From NCBI RefSeq assembly GCF_018977255.1, contig NW_024704742.1, positions 46,502,001-46,566,000 on the forward strand: a DNA stretch of 64,000 nucleotides, given 5' to 3'. The position numbers and the translations under genes are program-made. The notes beneath the pieces were generated by a model, which did not search any database, was not told the DNA's origin, and saw only the letters and a list, made by a program, of their open reading frames with translations. Positions 12,916 through 26,496 of this stretch are shown here, piece after piece. This DNA comes from Callorhinchus milii. Taxonomy: Eukaryota. Within the stretch, counting starts at the first letter, position 1, and the number at the start of each line of letters is the position of its first letter.

Positions 12916-14151
12916 GGAAGAAGATAAATCATAATTATCAGCAGTAATAATTATCACATTGTGGGATAGTGTGTTCCTGGCAATATCCCAATGAGTGCTG
13001 GAATAGATCCTGCCCTCCCCAACTTAATTCAAGCGGTTTCGTCCAAAACTGATCTCTGCTGCGGTCATTGACCTGGCTGGGGACACCTGCCACACACCGT
13101 CTCTCTCCTCCCCATCTTAAGACCTGTTACTTTCGGTTCCTATCCCCTCTCCCTATCCTCCTCCTCTGCAAGGCAGGCTGCCAGTCAGTCAGTGGCTTGA
13201 AGCATTGGGAGACGTCTTCCTGACGTGAAAGGTGTTGCCTAAATTGATATTGTTGTTTTGAATCTGCCATCACTCGGATCCCAACATTCCAATGCCAATT
13301 CCGGGAATGCCATCTTAAAAGTTAAGCCACCTTCCAGATTAAGACTAAATTGGAAAGATTTTCCAAAATTCTAAATAAGCATAAAATTTAAGACAGTTAA
13401 TGCTAAACCATAAGAAATTTCAGGCCTTGTGTTTGCTTAAAAACAGTCACAAACTGTGCCTGCAATACTCCCACTAAAATGACAGTCAGCAACTGTATAC
13501 TTATTAATACAATTTCCAGTACTAAGACTCATCTACCTAAACATCAACATTGAAAGGATTTATAGTTGTTTACTGAGGTCCTTTGAGGCCTTGGCAACGA
13601 GAAATCGATGTGCAATATAATTAACTCGGGAAGGTTACCATAGTGAAGGGACTGATTTAATAGCACCGATGTACAGGTAGCAGAGGCCAGGGAAATGCTC
13701 TGTAAAGAAGGCAGTTTTTGCAATTTGTTGCAAGTGTTTTGCTTGACAGAATTAAACTTTCCAGATTGATTTTGCTATAAAAACATAGCAATTTAGCAGT
13801 TGTGGATTTGGATATGATGAGTTTACATCAGCTTGATCCAACAAACTGTCTAACGTTGGTGCTCTTATTCCTATTGTGAAGTGATGAGTCAGAGTTTCTT
13901 TTAACAAGCCAGCATTGTCAATTTTGCACAGTAGTTATTCCTGTCAAAAAGTGGCGAACTGTGTATCCTGCAAACGCTTCAGGCTACAAATTGGTCCCCA
14001 TCAATATTTGAATCTGTAGCTTCAATTATCACTGTGGGATGGAAACAAAAACAGAATAGAAAATTTGAAATCGTTTTTTTNCTGTTGTCTTGCCATCAGG
14101 TCACCCAGTGCTTCTTTCACATTGACACCACTTTCTTCTTCAATTGAAGTG

Positions 14152-15577
14152 ATGATGACTAAGGAAATTGGGATTAAAATGAAACAGAAAAAGGAGGCTT
14201 ATACCAGGTCCAAAACACACAAGATAATCAAACAGAATATAGGAAGTACAGAGGAGAAGTGAAAAGGAAAATAAGAAGGGCAAAGAGATTGTATGAGAAA
14301 AGATTAGCAGGAAACATAAAAGGGAACCCTAAGGTATTTTATAAGCATAATTAAGAGTAAAAGGTTAGTTAAAGGTAGGGTGGGCCCAAGTGGAAATCTC
14401 CTTGTTGAGGCAGATGTCCTAAATAAGTTCTTTGCAACTGTTTTCACAAAAGTTGATGCAACCAATGCCACAATATTGCAGACGTGTGAACAGAAATTGG
14501 ATATGATAATAATCAACAGAGGAGGTACTAGAAAGGTTGTTGGTGCTCAACATAGATAAGTCACCTGGTCAGGCTGGGATGCATCCTAGGTTACTGAGGG
14601 AAGCAAGGGCGGAAATAGTAGAGGCTCTGGCCACAATCTTTCAATTCTCTTTGGACACTGGAGTGGTGCCAGAGGATTGGAAGGTTGCAAATGTTACTCC
14701 CCTGTACAAAAAGGGGCAGAAGGATAAACATGAGAACTACAGGCCAATCGCCTAACATCAGCAGTAGGGAAGCTTCTGGAGACTATAATCCAGAACAATA
14801 TAAATTCTCACTTAGAAAAATATGGTGTAATAAAGGACAGTCAACACAGATTTGTTAAAGGCAGATTGTGTCTGACAAACCTAATAGAATGTTTTGATGA
14901 AGTGACTGAGAGGGTGGATGAAGGTAGTGCAGTAGATGTAGTTTATCTAGATTTTCAAAAGGCATTTGACAAAGTACCACATATGAGACTTATAAACAAA
15001 ATAGAAGCCCACGGTATTAAAGGGATTGTGGCAACATGGGTCCAGAACTCGCTAGGTGACAGAAAGCAGAGAATGGCAGTAAACAGTTGCTTTTCTGACT
15101 GGAGGAGATGTGTAGGGGTGTCCCTCAGGGGTCAGTATTGGGACCACTGCTCTTTCTGATCTATATTAATGATCTGACCTGGATATAGGGAGCACAATTT
15201 CCAAATTTGCAGATGATACTAAGCTAGGAAAAGTAGTTAATGGTGAGGAGGGTAGCACCAGACTCCACAAAGACTTAGACAGATTGGTAAAATGGACAGA
15301 AACACGGCAGATGAGGTTTAATATGGAGAAATGTAAAGAGTTTCATTTTGGTAGGAAGAATGAGGAGAGACAGTATAAGCTAGATGGTACAATCTTAAAG
15401 GGGGCGAATGAACAGAGACCAGGGAGTCCACATAAGCAAATCTCTGAGGTGGCAGGTAGATAAAGCTGTTAAGAAAGCATACAGGATACTAGGTTTTGTA
15501 AATAGGGGCATAGAATTCAAATGTCAGGAGGTTATGTTGAATATTTATAAAGTGCTGGTTAGGCCTCATTTGGAGTA
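14152..15577 (+). mobile_element. CR1 LINE fragment (RT)
   Basis: KSPGQAGMHPRLL, VPEDWKVANVTPLYKKG, CLTNLIECFD..VDVVYLDFQKAFDKVPH and LVRPHLEY. Confidence 0.95.
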
Positions 15578-15776
15578 CATAAGAACATAATAATTAGGAG
15601 TAGGAGTAGGCCATTCAGCCCCTCGACCTGTCCCGCCATTCGATAAGATCATGGCTGATCTTCTGACCTAACTAATTACCTACCATATCCCCTAATCCCT
15701 CTATTTTTAAAAAAAAAATCAGTTCAAATGTTCAAGGACTGAGCATCTACAGCCTTCTGGGGTAGTGAATTCCATA
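15578..15776 (-). mobile_element. CR1 3' end, opposite orientation
   Basis: cataagaacata...ggagtaggccattcagcccctcga is the reverse complement of the CR1 3' tail. Confidence 0.85.
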
Positions 15777-15857
15777 AATTTTGGATCATCATGATCATCA
15801 TCTCACAGAATATATTGTAAAGTGAATTTTTGGATTATCTTCATCATCATCACATAT

Positions 15858-16079
15858 CACAGAATATATATTGTAAAGTGAATTGTCTGCATATTTTGTG
15901 GGTGAAACGTGGCAGACAAAACAGTCATGGATTGAAGTGACCAGTTTATTATTTTTTTGAGGGATTATTTTCAGGCATATGGAGTAAGGAAACTTGCCCA
16001 AGGTTTCACCCGGCTGGGAATCGAACGCAGGTCTCTCGCTCACCAGGCGAGTGCTTTAACCACTGAGCTAGAGGTCTCC
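15858..16079 (-). mobile_element. tRNA-derived SINE, short form, 3'-truncated
   Basis: Reverse head (gggaatcgaacgc...aaccactgagcta) and body. Confidence 0.8.
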
Positions 16080-17239
16080 TCATTATCAGTGACCTGAAAT
16101 CTATACCTGCCATCAGTAGACATAATTTGGACCTGTAATTTCTTTTCATCGAATTGATTTTCATATTTTGATTAATGTACAGTGTTCAGTTTGCAGCACC
16201 CCATCTATAGCAAAACAGAATGATTTCTGATGAGTGTTATTTCTCATTACAGTTTTCAGCATTCAACTAGTGTCTTCTTTTTATGGCAGAGCTTGTGTGT
16301 CCACACCCAGTCAGCACACAATTAACTTATCCTAAAAGTAAATACTGATCGTGCATCTGAACTTTCAGTGGGAGCACTGATTTACTTTTACTATTTACCT
16401 AGCACCTGACATGGACTGCAACAAAGCAATCTGTCTCCTCGTGTCATTTCTTATTAGACTACATTAACACCATCCTCTTCAATCAGACCAAACCCTTTCA
16501 GGTATTAAACCCAGAGGAAAAATCAGCACTGTCTGCCTCTGAATTACAGCCATGCAATTCAAGAGCAATAGTGCCAACAAAGTGAAAGTGACTGAAACTG
16601 AATGCCTGGAAATGCTGTTGTCAAGCTTCATGCAGCTCTGAATATTTTGATAAACTACACAGGTATGGAAGTGGATTGGCAGTCATTGAATATGACTTGA
16701 TAAAATATTCCTCTTGCCTGTGTGCACACAATTTATCTTTTGGAGTTTTCAAGTTCATATAGTTTATTTTGCAAAAATAGAATCACAGAAAGTTTGCAAC
16801 TCAGAAGAAGACCATTTAGCCCAATGCGTCTGGGCTATGTACTCTAGGACAAGTGCTCCAGGACACTATCCTGTGTGAAGGGCACTATATAAATGCAAGT
16901 TGCTGTTGTACTCCAATCCTATTTCCCTCTTCTATCCCAATACACTATCTTATTTTTCAGAAGTATTCATCTGACTTCACTTTAAAATGCTATTATGCAA
17001 TCGGTTGGTAATTTGTGTCAGCAGCTATTTGTGCTAAATAAGTGATTTATAATTTTACTCTGTTCAAAAAAAACACTATTCAAACTTTTTTTTCTTCTGT
17101 TGAGAATACCTGATATATGCCTTTTTAGTAGCAACATAACAATTAATGATAATTCTGGAGTAAATGTTGTGGTATCCCTTAATTGTTCCTTAAATTAGCA
17201 CTAGTATTAATTAAGTGGCAACATCTTAGCTTTTAAACT

Positions 17240-17490
17240 AAGGTTAAAGATCCCATGGCACTATTCACAAAGAAGGGAGTTTCTCCCAGTGCCCTGCCCA
17301 ACAATCCCCCAAATAAAATTACTGATTGATGATTTTACTGCATGGCTGTGACATTGGGACATTACTGTGTGCAAAATGACAGCTGTGTTTATCTACAAAA
17401 TACATAATCATTATACATTCCAGAAGACTCTGAAGCACTTTGAGATATTTTGATGTGATAAGTCACTATATTAAATATAGGGATTATTAA
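17240..17490 (+). mobile_element. Old Deu-domain SINE
   Basis: aaagatcccatggcactattc...gagtttctcccagtgccctg resembles the Deu domain as recalled; ends in an L2-type tail. Confidence 0.7.
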
Positions 17491-17907
17491 TATTCATTAT
17501 TATCACTATTTTAGGTGTGTTAAGTGTTAACAAACATTATTTCCTTCAGACTGAACCTGCTGGAATACCCTGACCATCTACTGGTGGCAAACCTCTGCAA
17601 CAAACCTTGCAAAATGTCTTCTGATAATCCATATGTATAATAATAATTGCTTTTCACATTGGCAGGATTCTGAAAGCGCTTCACAGGATTTGTTCTAAAT
17701 CATAGTGATTGTGTATACTGTAGGCAAATGGCTACAAATGATTGACTGCTTTCTTTTTACATTCTAGTAATGCCCATCATCTAGAATAACCCATGCTTTT
17801 TCTAAGTGTTTGCCAATTTGATAACTCATTATGGACTCGGGGAGTTTACAGATACTCTAATACACTGCTTTAAGTTAACCATGAATTCATACATGAAGTA
17901 ACATTGG

Positions 17908-18428
17908 GCTTGCTGGTGGGAGTAAAATACATTAGATGTGATCTGGGCTTCAGGACACAGTATGATCGAGAGGAATTGATAATAGAAATGCAAGCTATTA
18001 AATTTGGACTGAACACAAAACTAAGACTTTAATAATAAAATGTACAAGCTTCAGGCAAGATTAGAGATTAGAAGGATTCTATTTCCCCCAGAGCTGTGAT
18101 TATGTGGATTATACCACCAACTAAATCAGTTAATACTGTGACTATTAACATCTTTAAAAGAGGTGAATGAACCTCTGGCTATGAACAGAATTCAGGCAAA
18201 GAAAGCAACTCTACAGAAGAATTCATAATCCAATCAAAAGCATAAGAGAAGTTCAGATGAAGAAGGTGTTTAGCACATTTGGTCTCATCCTTTCCGAATA
18301 CCATCCTATTATCTGACCATCATAGCATGAGTCCAAAGTCATGGTCTCAACCACCATTCTTTGCAACCATTTCCAGCTATTGATTACAGCAACAACTTGC
18401 ATTTATATAGTATCTTCATATGGGTCAT
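17908..18428 (+). repeat. Arm 2 of the inverted duplication
   Basis: Shares junctions and sequence with the reverse complement of 11864-12365. Confidence 0.85.
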
Positions 18429-20879
18429 ATTTAAGCTGTCAGTCTGACTCGGTTTGTAGTACTTTCATCTCAGATTCAAAATCTGTGGGTTCAAGGCTTG
18501 GGGGAGTGCTGTACTGTTTTAGGTGCTGTCTTTTGGATGAGGTGTTAAACTGAGGTATCATTTGCCTGTTCAGGTGGACGTTACCTGAAGTCCGAATTTG
18601 TAAATACACATTCGTACATCCAGCGCCTGGAATCCACCCTGATTAGCTGGCAGAGAAGCAAGCAACTGTTGATTAAACTCTGCTCCTCCAATTGGTGGAA
18701 CCATCGCTCAATGGGAAGGTATGTGTGCCCGAGCTGCAGACAGGAAGGCGGTGGCAATGCTCTCATCCATTTCAAGTCTGGTATGTATTTGATGCCTCAA
18801 TGTGACTTTTGTGAATACGTAGGCTGAGATCTATAGAGGTCTTCAAAGCATTCCTTAATTTAATGCTAGAGTTAAGTAACACCATCATTAATGTAGTTTA
18901 GTGTGATCTCAGCAATCCAAGCTTCACACTAAACTTGCTGTTAAATTTTAACCAGCCACTGGTAAAGTGTCACATCCCACCCTTTTCTCCTACCTCCATG
19001 TTCCCATATTGCCTACAATTTTGAAATTTATCTGCCATCAATTTAGATTTCTCAATTCTGAGATGACAGATCAAAGGTTTGCTTTGGCCCTTAGAGACAC
19101 AGATAATTCTTTTTGTTTTAATACTTTTTTCTCAGGCTAGATCTTTTGGTGAGTGCAGGTTGATTGTGAATTCAGTATCCCTGGCCCAGGAAATATTATT
19201 TCATAATTGAGGTCAGATCTATAAAAAGTGATTATGAATGCATGGCTCACATCAAATACGACAAATTGTGGCAATAATTAACACCAACATTAACCTCAGC
19301 ATTAACTTAGAGACCCCAATAAGGAAAACTGTAAAATACTTTTTTATATAAGTATGCATCATAAGATTCAAAGAGCTTTGTTGCCTAGAATGTTGAAATG
19401 GTTTCCAATAGTCATTTCAGATTAAAGGGCATTTCACTGCATCTATCTGACAATAATCCTCTTATTATATGCTTTCATTTCAGATTATTAATCTTTTTCT
19501 GCAGTCCTCTGCATCTTATAAAACTTTTGAAACTTCATTGAAATTGAGTACTGTAATGTTCTAGTTCTTTCACCAGACCTTTATTGTAGCCATTTTACTT
19601 CTGACAGTGCTAAATGGAGTATGGCATCAGTAAAAACATGTTCTATGATGTAGCTCGTTTTTTTTCTCTGCCCTTTACTGCTATAGCGATATGTGTCATG
19701 TTAATTTGTGTAGGTCAAGTGGTAAACTCTAATTATTTCAGCTAAATTACCAGTTGATCTCAGTATGTGCATGAGCTGCTCAGTGAACAGGGTTAATCAC
19801 AAAAACTGCCCAAAAAATCCTTTTACCAGAAAGTTTCAAAACAATCAAATGCGACAGAACCACAGAAATGTACAGCACAAGAGAAAGCCATTCAGCCTAT
19901 CGCATCTGTGCCAGCTCCTTTAAAAACAATTAATTCAGTCCATTTTACCCAGTAGTCTCATAGCATGATAGCAGTAATATATAGAACATGAGTACAATAT
20001 ATATTTAAGAGCAAATTATTGTAGCTCTCATTAGAATCATATAACATTTACAGCATGTATCATGTCATTTAGCCGATCATGACTGTGCTGGAGCCAACCC
20101 TCTCTCCGTGATGTTTGGTATTCATTTCCTTTCAGATGCTTTTATAGATCAGCGCCAATAACATTGTGTTGTAACAACAACAACTTGCATTTATGTAGTG
20201 CCCTTCACATACATAGTGTCTCAGAGCAGTCAGAGCGGGGGTGGATGAAAGGAGAAGAGGAAGAGGCAGGTGATCGTTAGTTGCAGTCAAAGAGGTAGGT
20301 TTATGGTGGGATTTAAAGAGGGGGCAAAGTGTAGTAATTCAGGCAGGGAGTTCCATAGATTAGGTGTGCAATGGACTGTATTCAATGCTCCTAAAATTGT
20401 CAAGAGGAAAGAGTTCTATTTCACTGAGGTATGTCCCAATTGAGTCAGGTCATTAAAGATTTTTTTTCTTCACACAATTGCTCAGGCAGTTCATATATTT
20501 CCAAATCTGTAAAGCGTAACATTTAAAAGCTGTTTTACCCTTCCATATATGTCACAATTTAAAGCTGCAGCACTTTGTCATTGTCAGGTAGAATATACAA
20601 TCCAATTGATATAAACAGTTTGTTATTCATTTCCAAGTGATACACCAGCTTGTATTCTTATCAAAGAAGAAATAACTTGCATTTTTATAGTACTTCAAAA
20701 CATCTCAAAGCACTTTACAGGAATTATGTCAAGTGTAGAATAGTTTTTTTTGCAAGAGAAGTATATCCATTTTGCAAATAGCTAGTTTCCAACAGCCATA
20801 TGTAATAGGTCAATAACCAATTTATCTGGAGGATTGTTAATCAGAACATTGGATGAAACTGCTTTCTCTTTTATGTCAT

Positions 20880-21212
20880 GGGTTCTTTATGCAGAATATG
20901 CTATCTCGCTGAATCAATTTTGAAGAATGATCTTAGATTATTAAAGAGAAATCCAGTAAGTAGCATTGCAGTGGGTGTTATATTCAATGGCTCCATTACA
21001 GGAATCATCAATTTAGACTCCAAGGAACAAACTAGGCATCTGGTTGGCAACTGGTCAGTAACCTGCGGGATCTCACCCCAAGGTATAATGTGTCAAAGCA
21101 CCATTCCAGCAACTCAGCTTGATGTCCTTACTCTTCCATGGAAGGAATCCCCATTTCTGAGTTATAGGCATTATTAAGGAATCCTTTTAAGAATACCTGC
21201 ATAGTAGAGCCC
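20880..21212. mobile_element. Candidate MITE with imperfect ~20-bp TIRs
   Basis: Left end gggttctttatgcagaat; reverse complement of right end gggctctactatgcaggtat; AT on both flanks. Confidence 0.4.
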
Positions 21213-21267
21213 ATTGCATTATAAGAATATGGGTTGGGAGGGTTTAGGTGGGGGGGGCATCATAACT

Positions 21268-21445
21268 ACAACAGCAAGATTCCATTTATTGAGCGCCTTT
21301 CACGTCGGGAGGACGTCCCAAGGCACTGTACAGTTGGGTCAGGACCCGAGCAAGGGGGAAATGGTCAGGGTGAGGGGAGGGAAGGGAGGGAGCGAGGAGG
21401 GGGTAGAGAGTCGAGAGGGAAGCTGAAGGCACAGTCAAAGAGAAA
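21268..21445 (-). mobile_element. L2 3' end
   Basis: Reverse tail and stem-loop cacgtcgggaggacgtccc. Confidence 0.85.
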
Positions 21446-21943
21446 CTAACAATTACAATGGGATAAGTCTTATAAGTGTAAGCACACTCTTGAAGATTAT
21501 AAGGGTACAGGTTCTGCTTTCAGGGCTCTCATTAGGATTGCTAAAGAAACATTCCGAATTGCAATATCATGACCAATCTTTTAAGCCAGTTGAGCTGATG
21601 CCTATTTAAGTCTATATTTACCAGTATAAGTGATTTCATTTGGGTGTAATTACAAGAAAAGCAATCCCGTTACAGGGACCAAAGGATCAACATAGTTACT
21701 GCTATCGGGTAATAAACCTGACATTTTCATCAATTGGTTTTACCGAAAGGCCTAAATTAAGACAAATGTTATGGTAGACCAAAATAGCACCAGTAGTTGA
21801 AAATGCAAAATACTCTGCAAATCTCCTAAAATAGAAGTGGCAGAGTAAAATATAATCTATTTCTATAATGCTGCTTCTAAATATTTCTTTCATAAAAGCA
21901 CAGTAACTACAAGTCAAGAAAAGAAGGTGCTACTGTGCAGGTT

Positions 21944-22118
21944 AGTCTCAAGGCCAGTCTCAAGACCTTTCTCTTTGACCATGCCTTCAGCTCGACTCTC
22001 TACCCCCTCCTCGCTCCCTCCCTTCCCTCCCCCTGACCATTTCCCCCCTGCTCGGGTCCTGACCCAACTGTTCAGCGACTTGGGACGTCCTCCCGACGTG
22101 AAAGGCGCTCTATAAATG
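21944..22118 (+). mobile_element. L2 3' end, same subfamily as 21268-21445
   Basis: ctcaagacctttctctttgac...gggacgtcctcccgacgtgaaaggcgctctataaatg. Confidence 0.85.
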
Positions 22119-23964
22119 CTGTGTGCAAATTAGCTGCTGCATTTATTTACAAATTTGCAGGTCTTTTGCACTCCGGTGCACTGGAGGTAGATCCTATCCC
22201 CATTGCAAAGAAACTTAACTGCAAATTAGTATTTTATGTTAACTCTTTCTTCACACCATGCCCTTTTGAATGGTCACATTCAACAAGCCAGCCAATGAAC
22301 TTCTGTCTCATAGATCACAGCAAAGGACTGAGTTAGTGGGATAGTATAATGATGATAATACTAATAATCATTGTAATCGTTTCATTTGGCACCTTTGCCA
22401 TTAGGAGGACAAAGCTCTTCACAGGATAAACTGCATTGACTGTGTTTTGTGAGTTAATGCAGCAACCAAATTGCACACTGCATTGAAGTGTCGGTTTATG
22501 AATTTCAAGTCGTGACATGGGTTGTAAATCCATAAACTTCTGACTCAAAGGCTACTGGCTGAACCAGGCTGACACACAGGTACCATTTTGACTCAGTTTA
22601 TTTTGTTTATTTAAATCAGTATTTAGTAAACTGGCAGCCCAATGCTGATCAGTGAGTTGGAAGTTCACACACCTTTTAGGTGTGATCATTCAGTAAAAGT
22701 GTTGTGGAAGGGGAAAAGGGGAGCCCAATTTCAGCAGACTAGGGACCAGTCAATTATTATCATAAGGTTGGTATGGGTGTTAATTCATAACAACAACTTG
22801 TACAGTTGTGGGGTTGGATAGTGGGTTTGGGCTAACTACAACAACACAATTTTCACCTCACTAAATCTTCAGTTGTCTCATTTTTTAAAAAAAAATGATC
22901 AGAAGAATTTAGGAATACTATTTTTTTTAAAAAATTTATGAAAGAAGTATTTGATGTACTTATTCTGAAAACAATGACAATGTCTTGCTTTAAAAAAAAA
23001 AATCATACTCCCTGCATACTAAGAAAAATCCTCACATCTACAACTCCCATTGTACAGAATGCAAACAATGATCCACTGCACCACAGCAATAATTAAAACT
23101 TAAAGATGCCACTTCTTAGAAATGCTGAAAGGATGGGGCTTACTTATGAATAATGAATTAGAAAGTGCTACAATTTAACATCTGTTAATGAGTATTGCTG
23201 CATTAATGTACACGCAGGGCACTGAAATGTCTTGAATACGACAATAGTATCGGTCTTTGAAATTGCAGTGTCTTTTTCTAAAACAAAACCTATTCAATCT
23301 CAAGCTCTATATAAACAAAGCTATACTGCATTCTGCGACCTTAGGCGTTTTGTGCAGATTTAAAGACAATCCTATCATTTTGTACCCGAAGGGCTGTTAT
23401 CTTGTCACACAGTTAGCCATGACCAGGAGTTTCTGATGTGTCATGTATCTCCCAGCAATGCTGACAAGCTCCCAACAGAGTTATAAAGTCTAATTTAGAA
23501 ATCTGAATTAATATTCAGTGGTGTTTTTAAAGGTGCAATGAAAGACATTGGAAAAAAGACATGTTGTCAAGAAGACATTGATTCTTAGTTCCAGATAGCA
23601 TGATTGAAATAAGCTGCAAGACTGGTATGTTTTACATGAAGAATGATTCAAAGATACTTTTCAGAGTTCAACAAATGTAAGTAGCCATGATCTCAAGAAA
23701 TGAAGAGCAAGATGGCATTCTGCAATCTCAGTGGCACATGTCCACTGCTAACTGTAAATAATCTCATTATCAGGTTTGGTACCAACAACTCTGCTCCAAA
23801 TCCATAAAATACACATGAGAGGCAATTGTGCATCTTGAGCTGGGTATTGGGTGCCAGAGTTAACATGGAGAGTATTATCTGATATTTATAAAAAGATTTC
23901 TCATATTTGTTCTCATCCATCTGGGGTGAACAGATTAACTGTTTCAAGAATTTCAGAGAACTTG

Positions 23965-24307
23965 CCGTGCTAGCAAGAGGACCTGGGTTTGATTCTGTGG
24001 CAGGCTGAAACATTAGGCAAGTTTCCTTACTCCAGGCTCCTCTGTTTACAGTGGAGTAAGTAGGAACCTGGTTGTTAGTCGATTGGCGGATCACTTTTCC
24101 AGGGGTAATAATCCTTTTTTTAAAAGAAAATTTTTAAAATTGTTCACTCAATCCATGAGTGTTTATGGGACACTGCTGTGGGCAATTGGCTGCCACGTTT
24201 CACCCACAAAATATACAGTCAAATTCAGTTTACAGTATATTCTGTGAAGGACTTCGAGATGTCTCAAAGATGTAATAAGGCACTATATCAAATCCAAAAA
24301 ATATTAT
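23965..24307 (+). mobile_element. tRNA-derived SINE, long form
   Basis: B-box remnant, ggcaagtttccttactcc, extra ~64-bp segment (24042-24105), Deu-like body and tail. Confidence 0.8.
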
Positions 24308-24949
24308 CAAAAGTTTCCTATAATAGAGGTAGCCTTCAGAACTGTACCTAGCCTACAACATAAGCAAGGCAAATACAAAAGCCTCATGGATGTTGGGAGG
24401 GCCTCACTGAGCTAATTCTAATATGGTGGCATTGGAATTCTTCACTTCCAATTATACAGTCACTGCACTTTACAGTACAATCCTGCGAAGCACTTTGATG
24501 ACATGATAAGGCATTATATCCAACAGGATTATTATTTAATTCTAGTGGTTAACATGGTTTGTCCATTTGGCAATATGTATATTGTGTTATTCAAATATCA
24601 AGCATCCATTAAAAATGAAATATACTAATAAGATAGCAAGTTGTCATAACATTACTTTGTCCAAATTGTTATAAGTGTTATAACTAAACATAAAGTGACC
24701 AAAACCTAATATAAAAAAAACATGATCTTGATGTCTATTCAGGAAATTCTTACTGGATGGGAAAAGCTCCCTGTGGATTATTATAGGGAGGGAGTATGAC
24801 TAATATAAATGTGTTGCTTACACTTCTATATTAATCTATTCAAATTGAAATGACTTGATTTAAGAGAAATATACAACTGAAATGTATATTAATATAGGCA
24901 AAAATAAGACTTTTAGGAAGAATGAAAAGGCTTCAAATACCCGGAGAAC

Positions 24950-25205
24950 ATTAGCTGAAGGGGGGGTGAGGGGAAAGATGACTGGAGAGGGATGTGAAGA
25001 CAGAGACCATGGAGGGATGTGATAGTGAGAACAAGGATCTTGAATTTGATCTGCTGGATGATGGGGAGCCGAGCAAGGATAGGGTGATAGTCTCTCAGTG
25101 TTGGTGAGGGAGATGACATGGGCCTCCAAGTTCTGGATACTCTCCAGTTTGTGGAGGGAGTAACATGGAGTCTGGCTAGCAGGGCATTAGCATAGTCAAG
25201 CTTGG
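24950..25205 (-). mobile_element. Old L2 fragment
   Basis: Minus strand encodes LDYANALLARL and LPIIQQIKFKILVL. Confidence 0.7.
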
Positions 25206-26496
25206 CATGTTTATCTGCCAATACACAGTCACTGCACTTCACAGCGAACCCTGCAAAATGCTTCATAATGTTTTGATGTGATAAAGCACTGTTATCAAAT
25301 GCATGATTGTTATTATAAATGTTCAGGTCATGTTCATACTGCATGATTAGTACAGTAATATCTGTACTTTCTAATCCTCAGTAATGGCTCACACTGTGGT
25401 GAGGAGAACATCCTAAACTCGCTTGTCAGTAAATATACTGAGCATGACAGTGTGTGCCTCAAATTGAAGGCTCTTAATGCAGTTTTTATCATTCAATGCA
25501 TTCAACTATTGCCCATGCAAAATACAGAATTTTTTGATCAGCAGCACTTGTAGCTGGTAGGACGTTAGGCGCTTAATTGGAGCTGAGCCACAGTAATCAC
25601 AGTTTAGCAACTCACCGATCAGGAAATGAGTCTCTTGGCTCCTATAATACACCAGGCAGCCAGTAATCCAAATGTTCTGACCAAATCATTGCATAATGGA
25701 TAGGAACTCCTGCAAGGCACATCTTACTTAGTGGGTTCCAACAGAGTGGAAATAATGCCAAGGAACATAGCTATTTTCAACATCTCTGCCAACCCTCCCC
25801 TTCTCCATCGACATGCCAAAAAAACCAGAATGGAAAAACGTAAAGCAGGTTTGAGACCTATTGTTTTGACCGTGCTTTCAGTCATCATCCACCCCCATCT
25901 CGCAGGCACAGTCAACAGCATGAAGTGCTTTGAGACATCCTCCCAATATGAAAGATGCTATAAACAATGTAAATTATTGTTGTAGAAACAGACTGTGCTG
26001 ATAAGAATAATGATGATGATGAGGCTAATAATAATTGGCATGGATATGCATATTAGCATTTTTAGTTGGTGGGGCAGTATGAATGGTAAAATCTATTGCT
26101 CAAATGGTTTATACTGTATCCCTTGTACAAACAATATAAGGCTCCAATAAAAGGTAATTCACTCCATGGCTCTTTGTGGAACATTGCTGTATGCAAATTG
26201 GTGCCACGTTTCTCCCATAAAACGCAGTCAAAACCATTTTACAGAATATCCTGTGAAGTGCTTTGAGACATCTCAATGACATAAGATACTACATCACATA
26301 CACGTATTATTAAACTGGGTCCAAATATTTTTGCTTGTCCTGTCATTTAATCCTAATATTGGCTTCCGTGGGATATGCACTGTTAAGCTTCAAAGTTGTA
26401 GGTTGAATCATTCAAAGATCACAAGGAATTCACAATAGAAGATTTAGATGAAGCTCTTTCAACCCATTCAATTTCATCCTATCAGGTTATCCACCC

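Noticed and set aside
14081..14081. Single N base
   Set aside because: Assembly ambiguity next to a T homopolymer; not biological
18570..18830. ~85-codon open frame with an apparent acceptor and Cys pairs
   Set aside because: The acceptor is part of a Deu-SINE and the peptide is unrecognised; weak internal symmetry suggests an old MITE or chance
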